Assembly (NCBI GenBank): GCA_017654855.1
Contig: JAFMPO010000001.1
Location: 558,001-622,000, forward strand
Length of the DNA: 64,000 bases
Direction: 5' to 3'
From: Podospora anserina
Lineage: Eukaryota
In this document: one piece after another, positions 1 through 10,603 of the stretch
Numbering within the stretch: the first letter of the stretch is position 1
How the letters are laid out: each line of letters begins with the position of its first letter
Notes under the pieces: generated by a model
Told to the model about the DNA's origin: nothing
The model's input: the letters and a program-made list of their open reading frames with translations, nothing else
Databases searched by the model: none
Position numbers and translations under genes: made by a program

Positions 1-1389
1 CAACCAGTTGAGACCATCTCCTTAATTTTAGCGTTGGGCATTGCTTCCCTGCGCGGCACGGTACCTGCGTCTGGTTGTGCGGTGTTCCTGGCAGACAGCA
101 GCAAGCCAGGAACCGGGCGCCAATGACAGATGGGCGGGCAAGCTCATCCCAAAATTCCCAATTCAGTCAGGAAATCAACAGCTCCGTTTCCCAATGGCAG
201 CTTCCACCTGCTCTTCCAGTTCAGATGAGTGATTTCCCTGTTTTCCCCCCCACCGCTCGCTGCCTCACGCATGAAGCAAGCCTGACGTGGTGGTCCCATC
301 TTCCACGTCGCGTGCGTCTGTGTCGGCGCGCTCTGTGGTCGCCGTGGACAGCCAAGAGGTTGCCAACAAGGCCTTCCCTGAGCAACAGTGGATGTCAAGG
401 GCAGTTCTGGGCCAACAAGGAGGCCAGCGGTTTCTCAATCTTCGATTGTCCGGCGACCTTGCCGTGGGAAATTTGTCGCTGGCAAAACCCTGGCAGGAGT
501 TTTCTGTTTCGATGCACACCAAGCCGGAGCAAAGCAAATGAGGCCAAGCAACTCCCGATACACCTCACCGTTAATCTCGGGGGATCTTCAGAGAACAATC
601 TGGATTGCGGTGATATCGATAGCCTCATACCCATTCTCCACAAGCTCTCTCTATCGAGCATAATAGAACAAAGATTCCCGACAATTCTCAAGCGCCAACG
701 GACGGCGAAACGCCATTTCCGCATCTGTCTGTTTCGACCGAACTGACTTTGCCAGCTTGCGCCGTTCAAGTTGGCGGCAGCTTTTGGTTCCATCATGAGG
801 TAATTTGACTGGCTGTCAGTGCACGGTTCATCTCGACTGTTTCAAGCGATCGACATGGCCCGAGCGTCTCTGGCTATCAACAGGCGGTAATGGTGGCCGG
901 TCCCACTTTCATGCCGGCCCGTAGCCGCAATTTCGGTCGGCCTTCTGCAGAATTCTCGGCTCGGGGGTGGTTGAGACCGGGGCAGCTGGAGTTTCGGCGG
1001 CATGATCAGGGACCTTTGAGATTGGGGACTTGTGAAATCTGGGGAAGTGTTTTGGAGCTCACCACTTGCTTCTTGTCACCAGCCACTCCAAAGCGTCGGT
1101 TTCGAGTTACCCCTGACTCGCTCCACTCACCACAGTAGCATAGTGTAGTTTTCAAGCTAACGAAGGTTGTGCGAAACAAGATGTACCATATATGATGGAC
1201 GTGGGATACTCGATACATACATTTGTATATAAAATCATCACAGGGATAGGTTTTAGGGTGAGCAATGAGCTTGGTGAGGGGGCGTTATCTCTAAGCCTTG
1301 TCCAAGGGTTCCAAACCCCAACCGCCGCAGCCCACTCCCACAACTCCACACATAATCCCACTCCCGAGTCAAGAACAACACGACAGCAA

Positions 1390-1479
1390 GCGGGTTTAGC
1401 TCAGTTGGGAGAGCGTCAGACTGAAGTCAACTTCAGGAAGTCAATCTGAAGGTCATGTGTTCGATCCACATAAACCGCA
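1390..1479 (+). tRNA. tRNA-Phe(GAA) with 17-nt intron (1427-1443)
   Basis: Cloverleaf: GCGGGTT/AAACCGC acceptor ends, TAGCTCAGTTGG A-box, TCAGA-CT-GAA-G[intron]A-TCTGA anticodon arm, GTTCGATC B-box; T-run at 1491-1494. Confidence 0.97.
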
Positions 1480-1880
1480 AGCAGCATTTCTTTTGCTTCT
1501 CTTAACCATCCCCTCCTCCCTCCCTCTGAAGGAAGATAATATTACCTTTTTGGCATCAATTCTCCCGGCCTCCTTGTTGACCTTGTGTGAGGAGGATGAG
1601 TTTGGCAGCTATATATCATGTCGAGATTAGGCCGCTTTAAAATAACACCACGTCGTGCTTTATTTCTCTAACTCGTGTAAATAAGATAACTACCAAGAAC
1701 CAACCAACCTACACCCCCATACAAACCCCAAAGACAACTAAATCACCAAACATGCCCGCTGTTCTGCTTGCTAAATTTAAACTCCCCACCTCCCTTCGCA
1801 ATTCCCACCAGCCCACCAATCCCCCAACATTACAAATTGATATTTCCTTTTTTCCCAACCCCTTCCAAAAAAAATCAATT

Positions 1881-3618
1881 CTAGTTCCCTAAATAAGCCC
1901 TGATGGCTCCCTGCAACCTCCCAGCACCCTCCCCAAGCAGATGCGTTAGGTTCTCGAGGTCGTCGCCAGCAGTAATGCCGAACCTCCTGACAAAATCCTT
2001 CGCGGCGCTCTCCAAGTCACCATAATCATCCATGCCGCCGCCGGGCATATCGTCAGACTCCTCACGCCCAAAGTATGCATTCGAAGAGATAGCAGAGGCA
2101 CCCTCAAAACCGCCCAGGCGGGACTTGGCTTCAGCCTGTGCCTCAGCGTTGAACATGCCCTTGCCGAAAAATTCGTCTGAAGAAATGGCCTTCTGAGTGC
2201 CGAACTTCTTGCGGGCGTAGTTGTCATTGTCATCATCTGCAAGGGAAAGCTGGATTAGTATCACGCCTCAACAGCCCTAAAATGATAGCAGAACTCACCA
2301 TCAACATTGCCCTTGATAGGTCCAACAGACCCGAAGCCACCAGCGTTCTTCTTTGCTGTGGAAGCAGCGGCGGCAGCCTTCTGGGCACCAATCTGCCCGA
2401 ATCCAAGTCTGCCCATACCCATACCCAAACGCTCCATCTCCGAAGCCGACTTTTCCCTTGTGTGAGAAGCCGAACCGTATCCACCACTCCGAGCCGAGCT
2501 CACAGGTGTGGGAGATAAAATGGCAGCACCGGTATCCTTCTTGGCAGCGGCGGCCTTGGAGCTCTGTTCTTCAGCTTCGGGATCATAGCCCAGCTTCTCG
2601 ATACGCTCAGCCTCCTCCTTAGCCTTCTTCTCCGCCTCGTCAAAATCAATGACCACATCGCCACCCAACTTCTTTGCGCCGAGCTTGGTTGCGACCTTCT
2701 TCGCGCCGAGGACGTTGGCCTTGCGGGGCCCAGTAGTTGTCTTCTTCAAGCTGGAAGAGGTGACGATGCGGCCGGCAGCAGGCTTGGACTCACCATCGGT
2801 CTTAGCCAGAGGGGAGGCGGTACGCGAAATATCCTTGCCGTTCTGGGCTGCGCTGCTTAATGGAGAGGCGGTGCGCCCGACAACGGGAGGGGTGGCGGTT
2901 CGTGAAATTGGCGGTGTAGGCTTCTTGATGGCCGGCTTGTCCCAAGATGAGAAGAAGTCATCTTCCTCTTCGGCGGGTGCCTCGGCGGCGTCGCCACCTT
3001 CCTCAAGAACGACCTCTTCGGGGAACTCCTTGGCGTCCCTCGCGGCTCTCTTCTTGAGTTCCTCCTTGTACTTGGTCGCAGCAGTGGAGCTGTACTTGGT
3101 CTTGGGGTCCTTGCTGTTCAGCGCGGCAGACCCGCCGTTGGACTGGAAGAACTTGGTCGCGGACTCGTTTCCGCCAACTTTCATGATGCGGAGCTGGTCC
3201 CATTGCCACTCTGTATTATAGCAAGGTTAGTTATTATGGGCTCTTGTTGTCGGAGGCACGCGAACGCGAAACGGGGACATACGGTCGAGGTTAGTAGACC
3301 GAACAAAGGAGATGTGGACACCGAGGTTGCGATGGTGGGCCGAGCAATCGAGGCAGAGGTAGATGCCAAAAGGAACGGAGGTCCATGTTGGGTTCTTTTG
3401 ACCGCAGTCGAAGCAGATCTGTCACGGGGGAAGGAATCCGTAGTTAGTAAACCGTTTCCATCATCGTGGGTGGGCGTGGCCGTGGTCTCGCGACCGAACT
3501 CGGCACCTTGCTGGCAACGCGAGGAGGGATGATATGGATGGCTTGCCTTATTAGCCTGCTTGGACTTGAGCTTCTCAAAGAGCTTGAGCGACTGCTGCTT
3601 GGTAGCGAGGCCGCTCAT
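1881..3618 (-). CDS. glo3: ADP-ribosylation factor GTPase-activating protein, Glo3/ArfGAP2-3 type; 4 exons (3618-3547, 3418-3283, 3210-2299, 2236-1881), 491 aa
   Basis: Spliced N-terminus has the ArfGAP zinc finger [11 protein letters not shown]...[25 protein letters not shown]-terminus has Glo3 motifs [10 protein letters not shown] and AISSNAYFG. Exon phases are consistent; intron 1 has a GC donor. Confidence 0.95.
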
Positions 3619-4004
3619 TGTGTCTGGTGTGTAACGGTTGGCTCTGTAGTTAAGTGTGCTGGCGGTCTCGAATAGTAAAGTTCAAAGGGTGAAAGTGCGG
3701 TCGAGGCTCGTGAACGTTCAATGGTGATCCAGTCAGGGGACAACGGGCCACAATTTCGCTGCCCAGGAATCCATCCATGTGGCATCAAGTCAATCCACTA
3801 ACCCTGAACTGGCTTAGTGCTGAGCTGCCCCACGTCTGCACCCACGGGCCACCTTGAATCTTTCCCCCGCCGAGGAAATGCCGGGGCGGCAGAAGCCTGG
3901 GGCCCTGCAGCTTGAAGCTCCCACTTGACCTCACCTTGAACGAGGCGGACAGCCTTCGAATCACGATATCTATTGCGTGGAGCAATGGATAATTCCCAAC
4001 CGCC

Positions 4005-4791
4005 ATGATGATCAAATCCCATCTGACCCCAGTTCTTCGGCTTCGAACCCTCCCTTCCACCTCCCCAGTGGTCAATCTACGTGCCCTTCAACCCCGCCAT
4101 TACGCAACCCACCACCAAACTTCGTCCTCCAAATCCGAACCAGAAATTAAACGCCGCTCCGTCACGCCCTTCAACGACACCGGCTCTGTCCCATGGTCCT
4201 CCCTTTCGATCCTTGAAAAGGGCGCTCGCGCCAGCCAGCAAACCTTCAACTTCGGCCTCGTTATCCTCGGTTTGACCCTCACCTCTGGCGTGCTCTACGT
4301 GCTCTACACCGAGGTCTTCTCGCCCTCCTCCCGAACAGCCTACTTCAACCGCGCCGTTGACCGTATAAAGGCCGATCCGCGCTTGATTGGGCTCCTGGGA
4401 GATGGCAAAAAAATCGAGGCATTCGGAGAGGAGACCGGCAACAAGTGGCGGAGGGCGAGGCCGATCGCCTCGAGTGAAGTGACGGATCGGAATGGGGTTC
4501 AGCATATGTACATCAACTTCAACGTGCGTTATACAGCTAGTGAGAAATGACTGAAGGGAACATGCTGACATGGCATCATAATAATAGCTCAAGGGACCGA
4601 AAGGTACTGGCACGGCTTTTGTACACCTTTTCAAGCCGGTTGGAGGGAAACAGTGGGAGTACAGGTACTTTTATGTTGATGTAAAGGGCCAACAGAGGAT
4701 CTACCTGGAGAACGCAGAGGCTGCCGCCACACTGGCTGCGAAGGAGAGGTCCAAGACCGATGGGATCAAGTTTCTCGGTATCAGGTGGTGA
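4005..4791 (+). CDS. tim21: Mitochondrial inner-membrane import translocase subunit Tim21; exons 4005-4523 and 4588-4791, 240 aa
   Basis: Arg/Ser-rich presequence-like N-terminus, one TM segment (FGLVILGLTLTSGVLYVLY), TEVFSPSS..FNRAVDRIK, AFGEETGNKWRRARP, and C-terminal KFLGIRW after a GTGCGT..GCTGAC..TAG intron. Confidence 0.92.
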
Positions 4792-5045
4792 AGTCATCGC
4801 CAGGTGCGAGAGCGGTGTATGATAAAGGTATGTGTGTACAATATCAGTTGGCTGTGATGGAATTTCAGGGAAACTATGACCAAGGCGTTTTGGATTTCGA
4901 CAGAGCTTAGGAAGAGAAGCATATTATCAAAAGGGATCTCACATATACCCATCAAACCATATTTTAGCCAACTAAACTGTTGGTCAAAGTAGCCGCTTTG
5001 CCTCATATATTCATTGGTGAAAACTAGCAGCTACTGAGTGAGCTA

Positions 5046-5492
5046 GGGCGCGATCTTTTTGGCCGTAATTTTCGCTGAAAGTCTTCATATGAAGACTTTC
5101 AGAATGTGTGATCTTCTTCGTCTGAAACAGTTCATCAGCCAATTTGGATGGAAACCCGTTCCTGAAGAGAAGTCCGTGTATTTTAAACTCTGACTAACTA
5201 TAGGCCTTTAAAACTCCACTTTCCCATGAAAGTCTTCATTAAAGAAAAAGGTGATGAAGACTTTCATACTGCACAGTATGGTCAATTACAGGGCTTTACA
5301 GCAAGCCATATCCACCGTAGGCCACCTTCTTCCAGGGCCTTTATCTTGACTTCGACCGGTCTTCGATAGGGCCTTGGCACGTACAGGCCAATACGTCAAA
5401 AAATACTTCATCAGGGGCACCCAGGGCCTTGATGAAACCCTTCATGGAAATTCTTTCAAATGGCTGCTGTTTGGGCCAAAAGATCACCGCCC
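5046..5492. mobile_element. Putative MITE / non-autonomous DNA transposon, about 447 bp
   Basis: Imperfect terminal inverted repeats: left GGGCGCGATCTTTTTGGCC, right (reverse complement) GGGCGGTGATCTTTTGGCC. TA flanks both ends (5044-45, 5493-94). Internal palindromes are built from GAAAGTCTTCAT; no credible coding capacity. Confidence 0.65.
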
Positions 5493-5901
5493 TAGTTACT
5501 GAGAGCGGACCATTAACACCCCTATGAACGTACACTAACCGTCATGATTCCAACCTGTAACCTTCTCTTCTTTCGTCTTTACCTGTGTTCCATCCCAACA
5601 AAACCATAAAAATGAAACGCGACCTTTTGGTTTCCCTCCTCCCCACCCCCAAATTATCATTAATAAATGGAAGGAAAGCCAGCCGCCAAGACCCAGACAA
5701 ACTCCTGCTGACAGTAAGAGACATTTTCCCTTATCTTACACCATGCCACGCTCTTCTTCGTCTTTTGCTCGGAGGTGCTCGTCCTCCCCCCAGCCGCACA
5801 GTTGTATTTTTTTTTTGACGTTTCCTGAAACCGGAGCTAGAACAGGTGAAGCGCTTGAATAGGTAAGCCGGCACATTCCGAAGCTCAGTACCGGAGCCAT
5901 T

Positions 5902-7594
5902 CTAATGCCCCTCATCCCCTTCCATCTTCGCGATCCACTTGTTCATCTGGCTAAACTTGTCCTCAAACGACTTTTGCAACTTCTCTGCCGCGCCCCACAT
6001 GGGATCAGTCTCATTCCAGTACTCATAGCAGTTCGCAAAGATTTGGTTCATGTCTGCCAGGAACTCCTGTTCGTCATTGTACTCCTTGTTGTCCATCTTG
6101 TTCTTCATCGTCGTCAAGTCCATGGGCTTCTTGACCACGTTGAAGTAGTCGGGTACGCCATCGCGCTGGGGGTCGACGGGATCCTTGAAGGGCCCAACGA
6201 CACGGGTCCAAAAGCCTGGTTATAGACGTTAATATCAGTTCAAGTAATGTGAGAGGAAAGGTGAAGCGGGCTTACCAGGACCAGAGAGCATCCTGGCCAG
6301 TAGGTCTGCGCAAAAGTTCAGTTTCTGGTTCGTCGAAAACTGCTGGCTCGCAATCGCAGCTCCACTAGTGCGGCGCTTAGGGCCTGGTTTAGACGAGGCT
6401 TTTGGCACAGAAGCGGTGGCTCCCTTTGTCACCGTCTTGCGACCAGAAGCGGTCTGAGAGACAACAGGAGGTGACCCGTTGGCACCAGCTTCCGACACAC
6501 GCTGCTTCTTCGCAGGTCGTCCTCCTTCCTGTCCCCCTTCAGTGTCACGTCGCTTCTCTGCGGCCGGGGCAAGGGCGGCAGGATCGGATCCAGCCCGCTC
6601 ATCAAGGGGGGAGCTGTTCTCCAGTGAGCTCATAGCTACCACCAACTCACTCAACACCTCCTGCGGCAACGACCTCGCAAACTCTGTCCGGGACTCCGAC
6701 GATCTCATATACTCGGCAGCCCACGAAAGGAGCAGCTTTCGTATCGAAGAGCCCTCGGGAGTATCTTTCCACACTTGTACAAGAAGTGGTGTTGCGGGAA
6801 TGTGTTCGGTGATGCGTCTGCACTCAATCATGGCGTCCAGTGTCGCATCGCAGAGGCCGTCGATGCCGAGCATATGGCCAAGCTTCCACACGCCAATGAG
6901 TACATCATAGCTGGGAAGGTTATCCAGTGATGGGAAGACCTGGCCCGTGTAGAGATAGTTCTGGCAGTACGCGAACACCTCGGTGGGTGTTTCTGGGAGT
7001 CTGACAATGTTCTCGATGGATTCTTGGTCTGCATTCTCGTCGAAGAACTTGCGGTAATAGGAGGACTTGGAGCACAAGAAGTCTTTTTGGATACCGAACG
7101 GTATCTCCTCGGGTCCGACTAAGGCGATGACAAATATGGGATGAGGTTCCCTGGGAAGATTGTCTATGTCAGTACGTGTGATGCTAATCATGCGAGGATG
7201 CGACTTACAGCCAGGAGAATGGTCGGTGTTCTTGTATGCTATTGGCTGGGCGCGCTACTTCAACTGGGGCGACATCACTCGCATTCTTGTCGGCAGCTTC
7301 TACGATAGTGACTACCTCAGCAGCGACGGCGACGGCATCCCCATTGGACTGTGGTACAGGCTCTTCTGCTATTCTGCATGTGCGATTATTTGCGTTAGCC
7401 CATCGTCTCCTGGATCTTACATGGCGGGGATCATGGAAACTACACGTCTCATGTTGAGATGAGAGACGTGATTCACCATGCCGGCAAGATGGTGGTGGCT
7501 CATTTGATGGAATGATCAAAAGAATGTGTGCGCGAGAGTAAGTACTGTATGATACATCTCAATTGACATACCTATTATCCGTAGGCTCCTCCAT
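5902..7594 (-). CDS. BTB/POZ + C-terminal bromodomain protein; exons 7594-7572 (first exon uncertain), 7373-7209, 7150-6276, 6215-5902; about 458 aa
   Basis: BTB-like region VGPEEIPFGIQKDFLCSKSSYY...LPETPTEVFAYCQNYLYTG; bromodomain GPFKDPVDP..GVPDYFNVVKKPMDLTTM...FLADMNQIFANCYEYW. GT-AG introns have branch sites and matching phases. Confidence 0.88.
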
Positions 7595-8133
7595 GACTTC
7601 AAACATTGAGCCGAGTGAGACCAGTGTTGACCTCTAGTTGTTGATGAAGCAGTTACTGCCAGGCGCCGTGCGCTTTCTCAGACCAAGGATCAATTGGTGA
7701 GCGGCAGGTAGTTAATAATAATAGAGAGATGAGTGCCACCACAAATTGATGGCATATGATGTGCGAGCTCGGTTTGATTGTTTGAGACGAAAAGCAATGA
7801 GCTGTGTAAAGTCAAAAGTAAGATGAGCTTTGGCGAATGAACGTGAGATGTGATCCAGTCCAAGTTGCGGTTCGGTGACCCACTTTCATACTGTGCGGAG
7901 CAGCGGAAGGAATGCAGGAGGGCACTGTGTCAGCCAAACCAGCACGAAGAGTGGCAGGTACTATCAGGACTTGGTAGTACTGTGGATTGTTTTTTTTTGG
8001 ATGGTAATAAAATGTAAGGATATCGCTTCATACTCATTATTTGCTCTCATTTATGTTGATATCTGGCGGCATTTCACTTTTATAATTGTTACATCCAGTT
8101 ACCACATCATCAATCAGCAGGTGATTCCTCTCA

Positions 8134-8205
8134 GGACGAATAGCTCAGGGGTAGAGCAACCGGCTGCAGTCCGGTAGGTCACGTGTTCAAATCACGTTTC
8201 GTCCT
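8134..8205 (+). tRNA. tRNA-Cys(GCA), intronless
   Basis: GGACGAA/TTCGTCC acceptor stem with U73, ACCGG-CT-GCA-GT-CCGGT anticodon arm, ACGTG-TTCAAAT-CACGT T-arm; T-run at 8210-8213. Confidence 0.95.
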
Positions 8206-8767
8206 TACCTTTTGCATCGTTTTTACGTTCATTTATGTTTTGCTATCATTTAGTTTTCGTCAGTCAATACATCATTTTATTTGTTCTCGGCTTGCTGGTT
8301 TCTCTGTGGAGTGTTGTTTCCAAAATATCCTCTGTATCAGTGGTTTAGGGCTTTGTAAGAGATTCTCATACCACGCCTCCAGGCTGCGAGTTTCCATCTT
8401 TCGGAGAACCAAGAAATTTAGAGGCGACTAGTTTGCATGAAAAGATAATAAATCCGTGCGCATAGTTTTTGTCAATACTTTGAGTACTGCCTTTGTCATC
8501 ATCTCAATCCATTTCACTTGGGGGCAGGATCTGTCTGTTTTGATAATGGCTACTCCTGCTTCTGATACGAACAGGACTTCGAAATGACCACTGAGCATTG
8601 CTTATTGTATGGTACTTTGGATTTACCGGAAGACCACGTAGCAGGCTTTGAGGGTTACGAATAAATAAATAAAAGGCTGTCAATATCGTAGAGTGGTAGT
8701 TGCTGGTGCCTGTCCCCAGATCCCTGACGAATCTATACCTCAATATCTTCCTACTCCCCGGTAGATA

Positions 8768-10603
8768 TTACTCCTTTCCCTCTTCATCAGTCTCGACCAC
8801 TATTCCTCTCTTACCCATCCCCTTCTCTGCTCTCCGTCCCCTCACATGCCTCTCCACCCTCCTCGCATTCTCCGTCACCATCTCATACCTCGCCTTCTCA
8901 CTGCTCCCTGCCTCCTCCCCCAGTTTATAACCTGCGTACATCACTATCCTCTCCACCTTCCCCCAAGCGCCCACCCAATCAACCATATCATGTCCGCTCT
9001 TCGACCACAGCGCCGAAGCCCATAGTCCGCAACCCGTCAAGTCCAGATGCTCGAGCCGATACAAACTCTTGCTCAACCGGTTCAACACCATGATCGCCTC
9101 TGTCCAGTCGTTGTCCAAACTGTGACTGTACGGTCCCGTGGCTCCATATTGAACCACCTGCCCCTGTGCAGTGACCATAGTAGCCAATTTTGCGTTGGGG
9201 GTAAGTGATGGCTCCGGCCAAAACGCCAGACTCAAGTGCGTCAAGTTCGGCATATGGGTAGCAAAAGAAAGCAAGTGCCGCCAGGAGACATTATGGGCAT
9301 ATTCCGGATCGAGGGCCAGCGACAAGCGTGTCAAGTTGGGCAGCAGGGCGGCCGGTATTGACGGCTCGAGCGTTGGTTCGTCATCAGGTGCGTCCCATGA
9401 GTCTTTAGGATCAGCCGTTGATACAACAGCTGCCGCTTGGGGTGGGTATAAGAAATCTGACAGCTCGCGGATCTTGAGTGACCGCCCCAGCGACCAGGAC
9501 AGGTCGAGACAGGAAAAGTCGTCGTTCACGACGCCTGGGGGGAGGAACTCTCCTTGTCGTTCCTGTTCATAGTGACTGTCCTCGTCGTCCTCGTACACCA
9601 CAGGAGGAGGGGGAAGCAGGATGGCTCTCATGTCCTGCAGCGTCAAGCCTTTCTCACTATACAACCCAATATACGCTAGCAACGCCCCTCTCACGCGTGT
9701 TGGTAGCTCATAGAGAATATACCGGCAATATTCCACCTGCCAGTCCCACGTCCTCGCAAATGCCTTCAGCACGAGATCCATCAAACTCCCCTTTGCAGGC
9801 AAGATCATACCCGGCAGCGGTCTTTGAGCATAATTCTGCGCCCCACCAAACTCAATCAACGTCCGAGGGTCACTATACAGACCACTCCCCGCAGGCCTGG
9901 ATACCCAGCTCCGCGGGGGCGCCGGTCCCGGAGGCAGTCTCCTACCTGTGGCATCAACCCGCACCGGACGCCTTGGTGGCGGCGCCGGCGTCTCCGGCAG
10001 CTGAAGGATCTGCCGTATTGCTGGCGGAACAGTCGGCTGAACAAACGCCTCTGCTGGACGGATTTGCGATGAGCCACCGTCCCTCAGCCCCGCCCGACGC
10101 AAGTCGGCGAGCAGCTCATTGACGGAACGGTTCTGTTGTTGGTCGTCTGTGATGACAGGAAAGAAAGTATCGAGAGAATGTTAGTTCTTGCTTAATCATC
10201 CCACTAAAGTGTATCTCACACCCTTTCCACAAACTGTTGGGTTTTGTGTATGGGCCCCCGCCCCCCAGGGTAAACAAGATCAACACACACACAAGAGGGT
10301 GTGGGCGAAAAAGAGTTCGATGGAGGGGGTGTGTAGAATGGAACTATCCAATTTACGGGCCAAACCGCCCCAAACCCGGTTCAACGTTCAACGGCTGCGG
10401 GGATACACGACGGGGAGGGGGGAAATGTGGACATCATGCGGGGCGCCGGTGTGGTACCAGCAGACAATAAAGAGAGAAAAAGAACTAAAACGAAACGCAC
10501 CATGGTGGCTGTTGTGCCTGCTAGCAGCCGTACTGCTGCTGAGTGACGCTGGTGCTGTGGACTGCGGCTTGGAATACTGTTTTTGGTGTCTCTTCTTCGG
10601 CAT
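8768..10603 (-). CDS. Uncharacterised fungal protein with RNI/LRR-like repeats; exons 10603-10501 and 10146-8768, 493 aa
   Basis: The 444-codon ORF joins in phase to a MPKKRH... first exon via a 354-nt GTGCGT..ACTAAC..CAG intron. LRR-like motifs: LPNLTRLSL, MPNLTHLSL, LYRLEHLDL. Confidence 0.82.

Noticed and set aside
75..796. Overlapping ORFs of 223 aa (+) and 133 aa (-) at the window start
   Set aside because: No recognisable domain and no consistent splice model; may belong to something outside the window.
2649..3221. 190-aa plus-strand ORF (similarly 9478-10122 and 63248-63796)
   Set aside because: Antisense shadows of real genes.
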